The notes under the pieces: generated by a model
What the model was told of the DNA's origin: nothing
Seen by the model: only the letters and a program-made list of their open reading frames with translations
Database searches by the model: none
Part shown: positions 1 through 12,139 of the stretch, one piece after another
How the letters are laid out: each line of letters opens with the position of its first letter
How positions within the stretch are numbered: position 1 is the first letter of the stretch
From: Octopus bimaculoides
Taxonomy: Eukaryota
Assembly (NCBI RefSeq): GCF_001194135.2
Contig: NC_068989.1
Location: forward strand, 73,980,700-74,044,699
DNA: 64,000 bases
Reading direction: 5' to 3'
Translations under genes and position numbers: made by a program

Positions 1-149
1 CACACACACACACACACACACACGATCACTCACAAACAAACATTCTAAAGCCAAATAAACAGGAGAGCGAAAACAATTACAGCTTCTTATCCTATCTCAG
101 TGCCTCCAACAACAGACAGATACTAAACATGAACCGAATGACCGAAAAG

Positions 150-1100
150 AGATCTACTTGGCAGAGTTTTATATCAAGAAGGGCGTGTCTTTGCCGGAGA
201 TGTTTGCCGTGAGTTGTTTGTCTAATAACAGGAAAACACAGTTACTTACTTTGGCGTCTTCAAAAAGTGTAGGTTCTCTTGCATTCCCAGAAGAACAATT
301 AGAGGTAGGTAACTTTCAGGGTGTATGGAGCGATATATCCTCTATCATTCGGCAGAAGTTTTATAGAACAACATGCAATGAGTTTGATAGGGCCAAACAA
401 AGAAGCAAGCCGCGCTGTTACGTCAAATTGCTGCCAATATATTATTCTAACAATGTTCATAATGAGATTCTCAATTCGACAATCATATTGAAGGATGTTA
501 GCAATACCACAGACCCTGGCTTGATGTTACCTCTAAAGTACAGTGCGACAGGTAATGAGTGCCGAAGGATTTGCATGCTTGTTGGGTATCTATAGCCATA
601 CTAGACCTCCTGGCTGCGTAAAATCACAGAAGTATCCGGGCCTGTGTTCTGTTCTGAGAACGAAAGGAAGGGCCGTGAGTCTGGTGAGGCAAGAATAGAA
701 GGTATGGCTGCTACACGTGTGATAGTAAGGGCCACGAGTGCTTTCTGTTAGGGGGAACATTAGAGCAACACTGACTAGTCACAAAAACCTATTGTTCTCA
801 GTGTTCTACTGGTCACAGCTCTCGATATAGTGGAGGAGAATGCATTATTCTCAGTCATAGGTGACGTTGAATAGGAAACCTATTGTTTAAAGCTGCTGTC
901 CTACTGTCTTGAAACATTGGGAAGGAGATAGAAAATGAAAAATATGGAGTATTGTCAGAGAGAAAAGGAGAAAGAATCCAAAAGTTAGTTGGAACGAGGA
1001 AACATTTTGTAGAGTGAGCGAAGAGGGTCATACTGCTTTTGAAAGAAATCAACACCAAGAACTCCGCCTCTTCATTACAAAAAGGGAATTTTGAGTGATG
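150..1100 (-). mobile_element. Highly decayed CR1/Jockey-clade LINE ORF2 remnant
   Basis: Minus-strand translation gives frameshifted motifs 'IKPG/LWYC*H' (cf. CR1 IRPxMEYCxHIW), 'CMLFYK' (cf. SLxLFYKY), 'NCSS' and 'SFPMFQDSRTAA'. Many stops. The 158..595 + ORF is antisense to this. Confidence 0.45.
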
Positions 1101-1189
1101 AAAAAATGTATTAAAATTCTAATAGATTTTATGAACTATATGAGGGAGGAGAGCGGAATTGAGAATTTTTGTTCGTGGAAACATGTTGG

Positions 1190-1585
1190 CACTTCTTTCC
1201 TCTCCTTTTTGGCACTCCGTCGCTTACGACATCGAGGTTTCCAGTTGATCCGATCAACGGAACAGCCTAATCGTGAAATTAACGGGCAAGTGACTGAGCA
1301 CTCCACAGACACGTGTATCCTTAACGTAGTTCTCGGGGATATTCAGCGTGACACAGTGTGACAAGGCTGACCCTTTGAATTACAGGCACAACAGAAACAG
1401 GAAGAAAGAGTGAGAGAAAGTGGTGAAAAAGTACAGCAGGGTTCGTCACCATCCCCTGCCGGAGCCTCGTAGAGCTTTAGGTGTTTTCGCTCAATAAACA
1501 GTCACAACGCCGGGTCTGGGAATCGAAACCGCGATCCTATGACCGCGAGTCCACTGCCCTAACCACTGGGCCATTGCGCCTCCAC
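1190..1585 (-). mobile_element. tRNA-derived SINE (family distinct from the two dominant ones)
   Basis: Reverse complement starts GGAGGCGCAATGGCCCAGTGGTTAGGGCAGTGGACTCGCGG...GGTTTCGATTCCC, with a Pol III A box (TGGCCCAGTGG) and B box (GGTTTCGATTCCC), followed by a ~300-bp body. Confidence 0.8.
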
Positions 1586-1955
1586 CGTGGAAACATAATT
1601 GTGAGCATTTTGAGTACTAAGATATGTGCATAGAAGCAGATGTAGTCAGTGTTGTGAGGAGCCTTCATCCAACCTACGTATCGTTTTCTTAATCATGTAT
1701 GGTCGACCTGCTCTATTTGTTTTAATGTTTCTTTGAAATATCGTTTATTAATTATTTCAGTATTTTTGATAATCAAATTACTTTCTATAATTATTTGACG
1801 TAATTTTAAATTCTTTTACAATACCTTAATATAATATGCAAAGTTTGTATTTTTTCGGAAACTTTGTTGAACATCAACATATTTTTGCATCCCTTTTGTA
1901 ACAACCGTATTGTATGTTTGAGAACAGTGGTTGTTTTCATCAACTAGTCTCTATT

Positions 1956-2350
1956 AGGCGCAGGAGTGGCTGTGTGGTAAGTAGCTTGCTTACCAACCAC
2001 ATGGTTCGGGGTTCAGTCCCACTACGTGGCACGTTGGGCAAGTGTCTTCTACTATAGCCTCGGGTCAACTAAAGGCTTGTGAGTGGATTTGGTAGATGGA
2101 AACTGAAAGAAGACCGTCGTATATATATATGTGTGTGTTTGTGTGTCTGTGTTTGTCCCCCCAACATCGTTTGAGAACTGATGCTGGTGTGTTTACGTCC
2201 CCGTAACTAACGCTTCGGCAGAAGAGACTGATAGAATAAGTACTTACAAAGAATAAGTCCTGGGGTCGATTTTCTCGACTAAAGGCGGTGCTCCAGCATG
2301 GTCGCAGTCAAATGACTGAAACAAGTAAAAGAGTAAAAGAGAAAAAAGAG
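1956..2350 (+). mobile_element. Near full-length OR2-like CORE-type SINE (family A)
   Basis: tRNA-like head (GGCTGTGTGGTAAG...GGTTCAGTCCC), CORE-like segment GTTGGGCAAGTGTCTTCTACTATAGCCTC, internal (TA)(TG) microsatellite, and tail ...GACTGAAACAAGTAAAAGAG. Many homologous copies occur in the window. Confidence 0.85.
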
Positions 2351-2435
2351 TATTAATTTACGGTCTTGTACCTGTTAGAAGCATTTAATTCGCCTGCAGG
2401 TCAGGTAGATGAAAATTAAAGAGTCAAAACAACTT

Positions 2436-2852
2436 TATGGCCGTGTGGTAAGAAGCTTGCTTCTCAAGCATATGGTTTTGGGTTCGGTTCAACTGAGTGG
2501 CACCTTTGGCGAGTGTCTTGTACTATAGCCTCGAATCGACCAAGATTTTGTGAGTAGATTTCATAGAGGGAAACCGGAAAAAACCCGTCGTATGTGTATG
2601 CGCGCGCGTGTGTGAGTGGATGTGAGTGGGTGTGTGCGTGCGTGTGTCTTTCTATCTGTGTTCGTTCTGCACCATCGCTTGACAACAAGCGCTGGTTCGT
2701 TCACGTTCCTGTGACCTAGCGGTTCAGCAAAAGAACCGATAGTGTAAGCAACTGGCTTAAAAATAACATAGTGGGATTAATTTATTTCGCCTAAAAACTC
2801 TTCAAGACGGTGCCCCAGCATGGCCGCTATCTAATGACTGATACAAATAAAG
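2436..2852 (+). mobile_element. Family A SINE copy (more diverged)
   Basis: Colinear with 1956-2350 from the head through the tail. Confidence 0.8.
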
Positions 2853-3109
2853 GCGGTGATTGATATGTAGGGTTCTTTGACTGGCTCACAGGGCTGGTCC
2901 TCCTCCATGGTGACTACCAGGCATTTGTATTCTGCACCGCGTGCATCATCATGCCTAATTTATTCCCTTAACTTTCTGAAACCGAAGTAAATCTCCACAA
3001 TCTGCCTCACTAATCTCTCTTTCAACTCAACTGCCACCCTTGTGGCCAATAAAACAAATACTATTCATTGCCGTCGTCATCATCAACATCAGCATCCCCA
3101 TTCTTCTTC

Positions 3110-4248
3110 TTCTTCTTCTTCTTNNNNNNNNNNACTATTCATTGCCGTCGTCATCATCAACATCAGCATCCCCATTCTTCTTCTTCTTCTTCTTCTTCTT
3201 CTTCTTCTTCTCATTATTATTATTGGCAGAATCGTTAGTACACCGAGCAAATTGCTTAGCAGCACTTCGTCTGTCAGTACGTTCCCAGTTCAAATTATTA
3301 TTGTTGTTGCTGTTGTTGTTGTTGTTGTTGTTGTTGCTCTTCTTCTTCTTCTTCTTCTTCTTCTTCTTCTTCTTCTTCTTCTTCTTCTTCTNNNNNNNNN
3401 NNNNNNNNNNNNNNNNNNNNNNNNNNNNNNNNNNNNNNNNNNNNNNNNNNNNNNNNNNNNNNNNNNNNNNNNNNNNNNNNNNNNNNNNNNNNNNNNNNNN
3501 NNNNNNNNNNNNNNNNNNNNNNNNNNNNNNNNNNNNNNNNNNNNNNNNNNNNNNNNNNNNNNNNNNNNNNNNNNNNNNNNNNNNNNNNNNNNNNNNNNNN
3601 NNNNNNNNNNNNNNNNNNNNNNNNNNNNNNNNNNNNNNNNNNNNNNNNNNNNNNNNNNNNNNNNNNNNNNNNNNNNNNNNNNNNNNNNNNNNNNNNNNNN
3701 NNNNNNNNNNNNNNNNNNNNNNNNNNNNNNNNNNNNNNNNNNNNNNNNNNNNNNNNNNNNNNNNNNNNNNNNNNNNNNNNNNNNNNNNNNNNNNNNNNNN
3801 NNNNNNNNNNNNNNNNNNNNNNNNNNNNNNNNNNNNNNNNNNNNNNNNNNNNNNNNNNNNNNNNNNNNNNNNNNNNNNNNNNNNNNNNNNNNNNNNNNNN
3901 NNNNNNNNNNNNNNNNNNNNNNNNNNNNNNNNNNNNNNNNNNNNNNNNNNNNNNNNNNNNNNNNNNNNNNNNNNNNNNNNNNNNNNNNNATATATATATA
4001 TATATATATACACACATACATACATATATAGTTTGTATACGTGTTTGCGTGAGCGCATGTATTTATGTGTATATGGTGTGTGTGTGTGTGTGTATGCCTA
4101 TGTTTGTCTGCATAAATGTGTCTCTTCACTATTGTACGCATAAACGTATACGGAGATGGTGAAGACATCATTACGAACGACATTATCACCATTGTTGCTG
4201 TTATTGGTTCTCCTGCTATTGCAGCTGTTGTTGTTGTTGTTGTTGTTA

Positions 4249-4279
<31 letters not shown>

Positions 4280-4736
4280 TGTTGTTGTTGTTGTTGTTGT
4301 TGTTATCGATAGTGATGTTGCTGCTATTTAATGTCGATATCAAGAATGAAGACTTCCGCTAAATCGCCTTTGCTTATGACGTCAATGAAATAGCCGCGGC
4401 TCTCAACCCCGTTTCTTACGATGAAATATTTGTATTACATATTGATTTATTTATGCATTTAATTTCTGTTTTGTTTTTGTTATCGACGTTTTTTTTTTTT
4501 GATGCTTCTTTTTTCCTTTTCTTTCTTTTGCATTATGGAAGTGGTAAGGGAGAGAGAGAGAGAGAGTGTTACGTTAAGATTCAATGAGAACTGTATTTTG
4601 TCACTCAACCAACAAATACAAGCATAGATTGTAACGCAGGCAAACACACTACTATCTCTTGTCTTTTGCGTTAATCCTTTCATGGTTTTGCTTTGAGAGA
4701 TAGACAGACAGATAGAAAGCGAGAGAGAGTGAGTGA

Positions 4737-4790
<54 letters not shown>

Positions 4791-4869
4791 CAGGCAGACA
4801 CACAGTCAGACAAACAGACAGATAAACAGACAAATAGAGAGAGAAAGAAAGATAGAGAGAGAGGGGGAG

Positions 4870-4928
<59 letters not shown>

Positions 4929-5110
4929 GAGAAATATATAGAGAGAAAGATGGATAGAGAGACAGATAGATAGAAACATACATATATACATACATACATA
5001 CATACATACATGCATACATACATATATGCATACATAGAAAGTGAGAGAGAGTGAAAAAGACACAAAGATAGAACAAGACACAGAGACCGAGAGAAGAAAA
5101 AAAGAAAGAG

Positions 5111-5149
<39 letters not shown>

Positions 5150-5150
5150 A
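3110..5150. repeat. Compound microsatellite field (CTT, GTT, GCT, TA, GA, GATA, ATAC) with N gaps
   Basis: Directly visible. It explains the poly-L/S/K/E ORFs. Confidence 0.95.
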
Positions 5151-5818
5151 TCCGTGTATATGCATGTGAACGAACGCAAGTATACGAGTGTATATTTGTG
5201 TAAGTGTGTGTGTTTGTTTGCGCGTGTACGTGTGGTGAATATATGAGTGAATGCTAAGATGTGTATATGTGTATGGTGCGCATGTGTGGATGTGCATATG
5301 TTTGTGTACTGTTGATGCTGGCAGTTTTAGAAATAGATAATATTCATGCGATACAGTGTGTTCTAAACAACGTTTTACATCTCACGCGATCGGAGCCCCA
5401 CGGTTGGGCGAATATTTGGCCTCTGTTGTATGGTATTCATTCACTGCATGTGAGCTAGACCGGAAGTGGATTAGACGATGCCTAGTGTTTGACCTGTAGT
5501 ATATTTCATTGACAGCAGAAAAGTGAAGGCCGAAACAAACCTGAACGAGGCTGGAATTTTGGAAGTGGAGATACAGATACTCGAAGTCTTAGACCCATCC
5601 ATTCATCCATCCATCCATCCATCCATTCATCCAGCCAGCTATCCAGCCAGCCAACCATCCATCCATCCCTCTATCCATCCATCCAACCAGCCAGCCAGCC
5701 AGTCAGCCATCGATCAATTGATCCCTCCATCCATTCATCTTTTGCCGAACTACTAAGTTACGGGAAAGCACTCAAACTATCAACGGTTGTCAAGCTGTGG
5801 TGGTAGATAAGCACCATG

Positions 5819-5850
<32 letters not shown>

Positions 5851-6789
5851 ATATATATATNNNNNNNNNNNNNNNNNNNNNNNNNNNNNNNNNNNNNNNN
5901 NNNNNNNNNNNNNNNNNNNNNNNNNNNNNNNNNNNNNNNNNNNNNNNNNNNNNNNNNNNNNNNNNNNNNNNNNNNNNNNNNNNNNNNNNNNNNNNNNNNN
6001 NNNNNNNNNNNNNNNNNNNNNNNNNNNNNNNNNNNNNNNNNNNNNNNNNNNNNNNNNNNNNNNNNNNNNNNNNNNNNNNNNNNNNNNNNNNNNNNNNNNN
6101 NNNNNNNNNNNNNNNNNNNNNNNNNNNNNNNNNNNNNNNNNNNNNNNNNNNNNNNNNNNNNNNNNNNNNNNNNNNNNNNNNNNNNNNNNNNNNNNNNNNN
6201 NNNNNNNNNNNNNNNNNNNNNNNNNNNNNNNNNNNNNNNNNNNNNNNNNNNNNNNNNNNNNNNNNNNNNNNNNNNNNNNNNNNNNNNNNNNNNNNNNNNN
6301 NNNNNNNNNNNNNNNNNNNNNNNNNNNNNNNNNNNNNNNNNNNNNNNNNNNNNNNNNNNNNNNNNNNNNNNNNNNNNNNNNNNNNNNNNNNNNNNNNNNN
6401 NNNNNNNNNNNNNNNNNNNNNNNNNNNNNNNNNNNNNNNNNNNNNNNNNNNNNNNNNNNNNNNNNNNNNNNNNNNNNNNNNNNNNNNNNNNNNNNNNNNN
6501 NNNNNNNNNNNNNNNNNNNNNNNNNNNNNNNNNNNNNNNNNNNNNNNNNNNNNNNNNNNNNNNNNNNNNNNNNNNNNNNNNNNNNNNNNNNNNNNNNNNN
6601 NNNNNNNNNNNNNNNNNNNNNNNNNNNNNNNNNNNNNNNNNNNNNNNNNNNNNNNNNNNNNNNNNNNNNNNNNNNNNNNNNNNNNNNNNNNNNNNNNNNN
6701 NNNNNNNNNNNNNNNNNNNNNNNNNNNNNNNNNNNNNNNNNNNNNNNNNNNNNNNNNNNNNNNNNNNNNNNNNNNNNNNNNNNNNNNNN

Positions 6790-6838
<49 letters not shown>

Positions 6839-7329
6839 CCATGTTATATATATCCAGTTATCCGTGGATCATCAATGGAATCTGCTCGGACACATAATAA
6901 TACAACTCGAATACATAGCATCACCGTGAAAAGACACGTGCGTATAGAGTTCCGCTATTATACATCGAGAGTTCAATTCAAATGTCTTCAACCAACGTGG
7001 CAAGTCAGAATAAATTAGTAGTGAATTACTCGACTCGAAAACTAAAATATTAAAAAATATAAGTACTAAGTTTAAAAAATATTATTAAAAAATAACAATT
7101 TATATCAGTGGGAGAATACGTTAAGAAAAACGCCCAAGGACTGCAAATTATATTCAAATATATAAGACAAGAGGAAAGCCATTTCCTTACGTATTTGAAT
7201 ATAATTTGCCGTGTTGGACACATGCGCGCACGTACACGCGCGCTCGCGCGCACGCACACAAGCACGTACACGCACACACACACACTGACACACACAAATA
7301 TGTGTATGCATAATACGGCGGACTTTCAG

Positions 7330-7782
7330 TTTCCTTGCCACTCTAGGTGTTCCCACTTCCTTCCCAGACGTGCAATAGCATGTACATTGTCACACATCCA
7401 CACCTCCCATCACTTACCTCCATTGTCACCTCTATTTCACCTGACGCCTTCGTCGAGGTCGACTCACATACATCCATCTACGACATAGGTATACGTCAGC
7501 TAGCTTTACACACATGTATTAGACAACCTCACACACTCTTTTCTACTCTAGGCAAAAGGCCTGAAATTTGGCGGGTTGGGGGAGTCGATTAGATCGACTC
7601 CAGTACGCAACTGGTACTTAATTTATCGACCCCGAAGGGATGAAAGGCAAAGTCGACCTCGGCGGAATTTGAACTCAGAACGTAACAGCAGACGAAATAC
7701 CGCTAAGCATTTCGCCCGGCGTGCTAACGTTTCTGCCAGCTCGCCGCCTTACAACCTCGCACACTCACAGATAAACATATGT

Positions 7783-7824
<42 letters not shown>

Positions 7825-8215
7825 AAATAAATACACGGGTCACACACGCATGCATCGCTCCGCACATGCACACGGACTTGTTCATTCACACACATACACA
7901 CACGCGTATACACGCGTGCTGCCATATAAACATATACATACACTTACATATACACACATGCTAGCGTACACACACTTTAGCCAGATCACTGTTGTCTCCC
8001 TTGTCACTCACGTCTCCAACCACTTCCTTCCTTCTGGTAAATTCAACGTTTGCAGCTGTCAATCAAGACATGTCTTCTTTCTCTCCATTTGTTTCTTCCC
8101 TGGATCTGTCTCCTCTCCTTTCTGTAGATGAGCGTAGGCTCGAAACGTAAAAGACTTTTCCGATTATTCCTTACTGTCAAACTAACACACCTTGCTTGAT
8201 GTTCCTTCACGTGTC
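7330..8215 (+). mobile_element. Decayed Penelope-like element 3' region, interrupted by a SINE and (CA)n
   Basis: Weak GIY-YIG-region-like translations ('FPCHSRC', 'THVSNHFLPSG') and a 3' end with a GATGAG...CTCGAAACGT hammerhead-like motif at 8122-8153. Confidence 0.4.
7537..7750 (-). mobile_element. tRNA-derived SINE, OK-like (family B)
   Basis: Reverse complement: GGCGGCGAGCTGGCAGAAACGTTAGC (A box)...GAGTTCAAATTCC (B box)...tail GGCCTTTTGCCTAGAGTAGAAAAG. Confidence 0.85.
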
Positions 8216-8221
8216 TCAGTC

Positions 8222-8252
<31 letters not shown>

Positions 8253-8464
8253 GTATATAGTTCAAAAGACTGAGACATATTTTTTTATTTATTTATGTGT
8301 TTCAGCCAAGTGGCTGCGGTCGAAGGAAGTGGTTGGAGACGTGATTGACAAGGGAGACAACAGTGATCTGGCTAAAGTGTGTGTACGCAAGCATGTGTGT
8401 ATATATGTGCATATATGGCAGCACGCGTGTATATGCGCCTGTATATGTGTGTGAATGAACACAC

Positions 8465-8665
8465 ACTCCTTTATTCTCTTACTTGTTTCAGTCATTCGAC
8501 TGTAGTCATGCTGGAGCACTACCTTGAAGGGTTTTAGTCGAACAAGTCGACCCCAGGACATATTTCTTTAGCCTAGTAATTATTCTATCGGATACTTTTG
8601 CCGATTCGCTAAGTTACGGAGATATAAACATACGAACACTAGTTGTCAAGCGGTGATAGCGTGAC
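8465..8665 (-). mobile_element. Family A SINE 3' half
   Basis: Matches the reverse complement of 2160-2340. Confidence 0.8.
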
Positions 8666-8676
8666 AAACACAGGCA

Positions 8677-8757
<81 letters not shown>

Positions 8758-8814
8758 TTATATATATTATATATATGTATATGTATATATATATATGCAT
8801 ATATATATATATAT

Positions 8815-9180
8815 ATATATGCCTGTCTTTGGCTGGCCTCAAAATTCACCTGCGAACCCATGGAAAACAAACTTCAACCAACTATTCTGACTATATGTCT
8901 GTGCACACGTTTGAATGTGTTGTATGCCAGAAGGCTTGCAAATCCAACGGGGGTCTTAAAAGTCATATTAAGATCCACAATGAGCAGAACTTACCTGCAG
9001 GTATTGGTAGTTCAAATCAGAGGTGCAATCTGTGTGGGTATTTTTACAGAACATTCTCTGGTTTAAAAAGCCACATCAGACGTCATGAAGGGGCTAAGGT
9101 GTAGGTACAGGAGGTGGTCAAACTCTGTGTAAGGAGTAGGCAACCACCGTATATATTATATACATATATATATATATATA
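8815..9180 (+). mobile_element. 5'-truncated RTE-type LINE 3' end encoding C-terminal C2H2 zinc fingers
   Basis: 'CLSLAGLKIHLRTH', 'CVVCQKACKSNGGLKSHIKIH' and 'CNLCGYFYRTFSGLKSHIRRH' (two complete C-x2-C-x12-H-x3-H). Stop at 9104, then a short UTR and a (TA)n tail. No TGEKP linkers. Confidence 0.65.
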
Positions 9181-10436
9181 CACACATACATATACATGCA
9201 CATATATATGCATATATTCATATATATCATACATACATACAAACATACATACAAAAATCTATATTTTCCCCATTATTACCTATTGTTAAGTACATACATC
9301 ATTTTCATTTTACCTGAGTGAGCGAAAAATGTGAAAGTAAATTGCAAAAGTAATTCAAATATAAAAGAACAAACGTTGAACGAAAATGACGTAAGTTAAG
9401 TATGTCAGAAATCAGAGTAAATTGTGTATAATCTTCTGCAAACGAAAGTAAATTACGAACGAATAACAAAAAACTATGAAACTTACTTTATATCTTTATA
9501 TAACACGGAAATAAAATACATATAACATACATATATTGAAAATGTAACATTTGTTTATACAATAAATATTTGTGAATATCTATTTAAGTATTTCTCCATA
9601 TGTTCGTTCACATAATGCTTTAGACAATTGTGTATATTTATTGTGTTTCGTCTTCGTGTTTTAAGTCTTGTGTTTATGTTACTCCATCTATTGCGTTGTG
9701 TGCGTTCGAATTTAGCACTAGACGTTCCTGTGTTTCATATTATGTATATGCCTTATGAAAGCGGTTCTGTATTGCTTGTATGAATTTGTATATATTCGTC
9801 TGTATGTGTGTTTCTCGATTGTTTGCGTGAATGCGTGTGTATGTTTGCTTGTGTGAACTCGTGTGTCTCTGTCGGTTTGGGTCGGTGTGTTAAAGCGTGC
9901 GCTTTCGCTTTAAGAGATCTCTGTGTCTAAGTGCATGCGTATGTGTATGTGAATATATATGTGCCTTGTTTGCGTGTTCACTTTGTGTATGTGTCTGTGT
10001 GTGTGTGTGTTTTCGTGCGGTTTTGTACACGCGTGCAGCGTCTTTTATCGCATCTCTTTTGATGAATGGACGGAAATTACTTTACAGTGATGGTGGAATA
10101 AGAGACAAGTTTATCTGTTCGAAATGTTTCAGTCCCCAAAATATACTAGAAGCGATTTCATGCAAAAGTACTTTCATTTAAGAGTACATTAGTCAAAGCG
10201 TTTTCATGTCATAATGGACTGTTTTCGATCTATTAGCGGTACACGTAAACAGATAAACTGACCTTTCGTAACACACACACAAACACACACACGCACACAC
10301 AAACACACACACACACACACATATATATATATGCATGTATGTATATACACATATAAACATATAAACATTCATGAATGTATGTATGCATACACACATACAT
10401 ACTTTCATGTATACATACATACATACATACATACAT

Positions 10437-11430
10437 GATGGCCGTTCACTCGTGATCGACGAAGACCATTGCTGACCTTCAGGAACATTGCGCGCTCAAG
10501 GACTAACATATTTTCCATTTGCGGCCCTGTTAGTGGCTAATGAGCCCTACACTTGACAAGCATACACTACTGCAAGCATTGTAAACCAAGCTTTCCCCAT
10601 TCACTACACTAGCAGTGCGCTCTCAAGCAGCACGCTTAAGTTCTTTATGCAGAATACTTGCTCTCTAAAAATGTGACGATCTCCTCCTTAACCTGCTTTC
10701 TCCATTTGTGGTGATGACAGGCGTTGTTCTCCCAGTCAGTCTCCTGCATATCACAGGCTTTTAATGAGGACTTGACACACTCCTTAAATCGCAGCCTTGG
10801 TTTCTGCCGGTGTCTCTTTCCATTCACAAGTTCCTCATATAGCATCTGCTTAGGGATCCTGCCATCCTTCATTCTAATAAGGTGTCCAGTCCAGCGTAAC
10901 CGGTACTTCTGCACAATCTCCTCAATACTCAAGATATCAGCTGTCCTCAAGACCTGTGTGTCTGGGGTTTTTAAGGTCCAGCCAACATTCAGAATGTGCC
11001 TTGGACACTTCTGATGAAAGCGTTCAAGGATTCTTACATGACGTGTGAATCGTATTTCTGCTTCTTGCAAGGCATTTGGACTCAGCATGAGCCTGGACAA
11101 GACTGTTGTAATGTTCCAGCCTGCACCAAGAAATCCATGTGGAACCAGCTATCTTGGTTGAAGGAATATTTCTGAAAGTAGTAGATAAGTTTGTCTACCT
11201 GGGCAGCACACTCAGCCGTTCTTGCTACCTGGATGATGAAATATCTTTCAGGCTGCAGAGAGCAACTGATTCCTTCCGGTCTCTTTAATCTGGTGTCTGG
11301 TCCCAGAATGGCATCACAAAGCAAACAAAAATTGCTGTGTACTGTGCATGTGCACTGACATCGCTCCTTTACTCATGTGAGACATGGACCCATATAAGGG
11401 TCCTTGGAAGCGTTCAAGGACTCTTACATA
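10437..11430 (-). mobile_element. RTE-clade LINE, 3' part of ORF2 with inverted 5' segment
   Basis: Minus 11046-10437: 'RHVRILERFHQKCPRHIL...RLRWTGHLIRMKDGRIPKQMLYEEL...KPRLRFKE' followed by a decayed C2H2 and UTR. Plus 11050-11400: 'CKAFGLSMSLDKTVVMFQP...VVDKFVYLGSTL...LLYSCETWT'. Confidence 0.9.
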
Positions 11431-11719
11431 ACATACATAATACATACATAATACATACATACATACATACATACATACATACATACATACATAAATGTGT
11501 GTATTTACTTGCATGCATTCTTACTGGCTGTTCTTGAAATTTGTTTATGTTGATTTTCTTTCAATGCAAATTCTTCAATAACAGTGCATTCCAATCCCTG
11601 ATGTGCAAATCCTGTTACAGACGGGGCATCTGGATGCTTGGTTGAATACGCTGGGCTTTAATTTGCGAGTCTCACTCTTTTCTAGTTACCCCTGATAGTG
11701 CTGAATCTGTTCCTCATCC

Positions 11720-11865
11720 GTATGTTAAAGCAACCCAAGTGTTCGACTAGTACATATTTCCTTGAACCCGAACAGACGAGAGGAAAATCGTGTCCTCTGT
11801 AATTTGAACTCAGAACGTAAAGACGGACGAAATGCCGCTGAGGCCGGTTCTACCAGCTTGCCACA
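11720..11865 (-). mobile_element. Diverged family B SINE fragment
   Basis: ATTTGAACTCAGAACGTAAAGACGGACGAAATGCCGC matches 7670-7705. Confidence 0.65.
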
Positions 11866-12139
11866 TTAATGAAGCAGACATAATTAACCATTTTAACAAA
11901 TGCGTGCTGAAAATAAAGAGCAGTTTGGCAAATTATGCCTTTATAGGATGAATTTCTAGGAGCAAATGATAACAGGGGAGCAATTATTTGACAGCAATTA
12001 TTTACTTAAATTGAACTGTTGAACTGTTGAAGCACTGGCCTTACTCATCTTCTAAGTAATTTTCAGTTGAGTTTGAACCGATCCTTTGGTCAGGCAGCAG
12101 GCGTTGACATGGCATATGTGCCGCAGAGGATGCAAACAT

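Noticed and set aside
1520-1585. tRNA-like sequences (also the heads of families A and B)
   Set aside because: They are SINE heads continuing into SINE bodies, with no complete cloverleaf or acceptor stem.
3059-3200. Identical ~60-bp direct repeat either side of a 10-N gap
   Set aside because: Typical unmerged contig-end overlap (assembly artefact).
3040-6900. Long ORFs of 200-400 aa (also at 25-26 kb, 31.3-31.8 kb, 55.8-56.6 kb and 63.1-63.9 kb)
   Set aside because: They read through N gaps and dinucleotide or trinucleotide repeats, so they are not real coding sequence.
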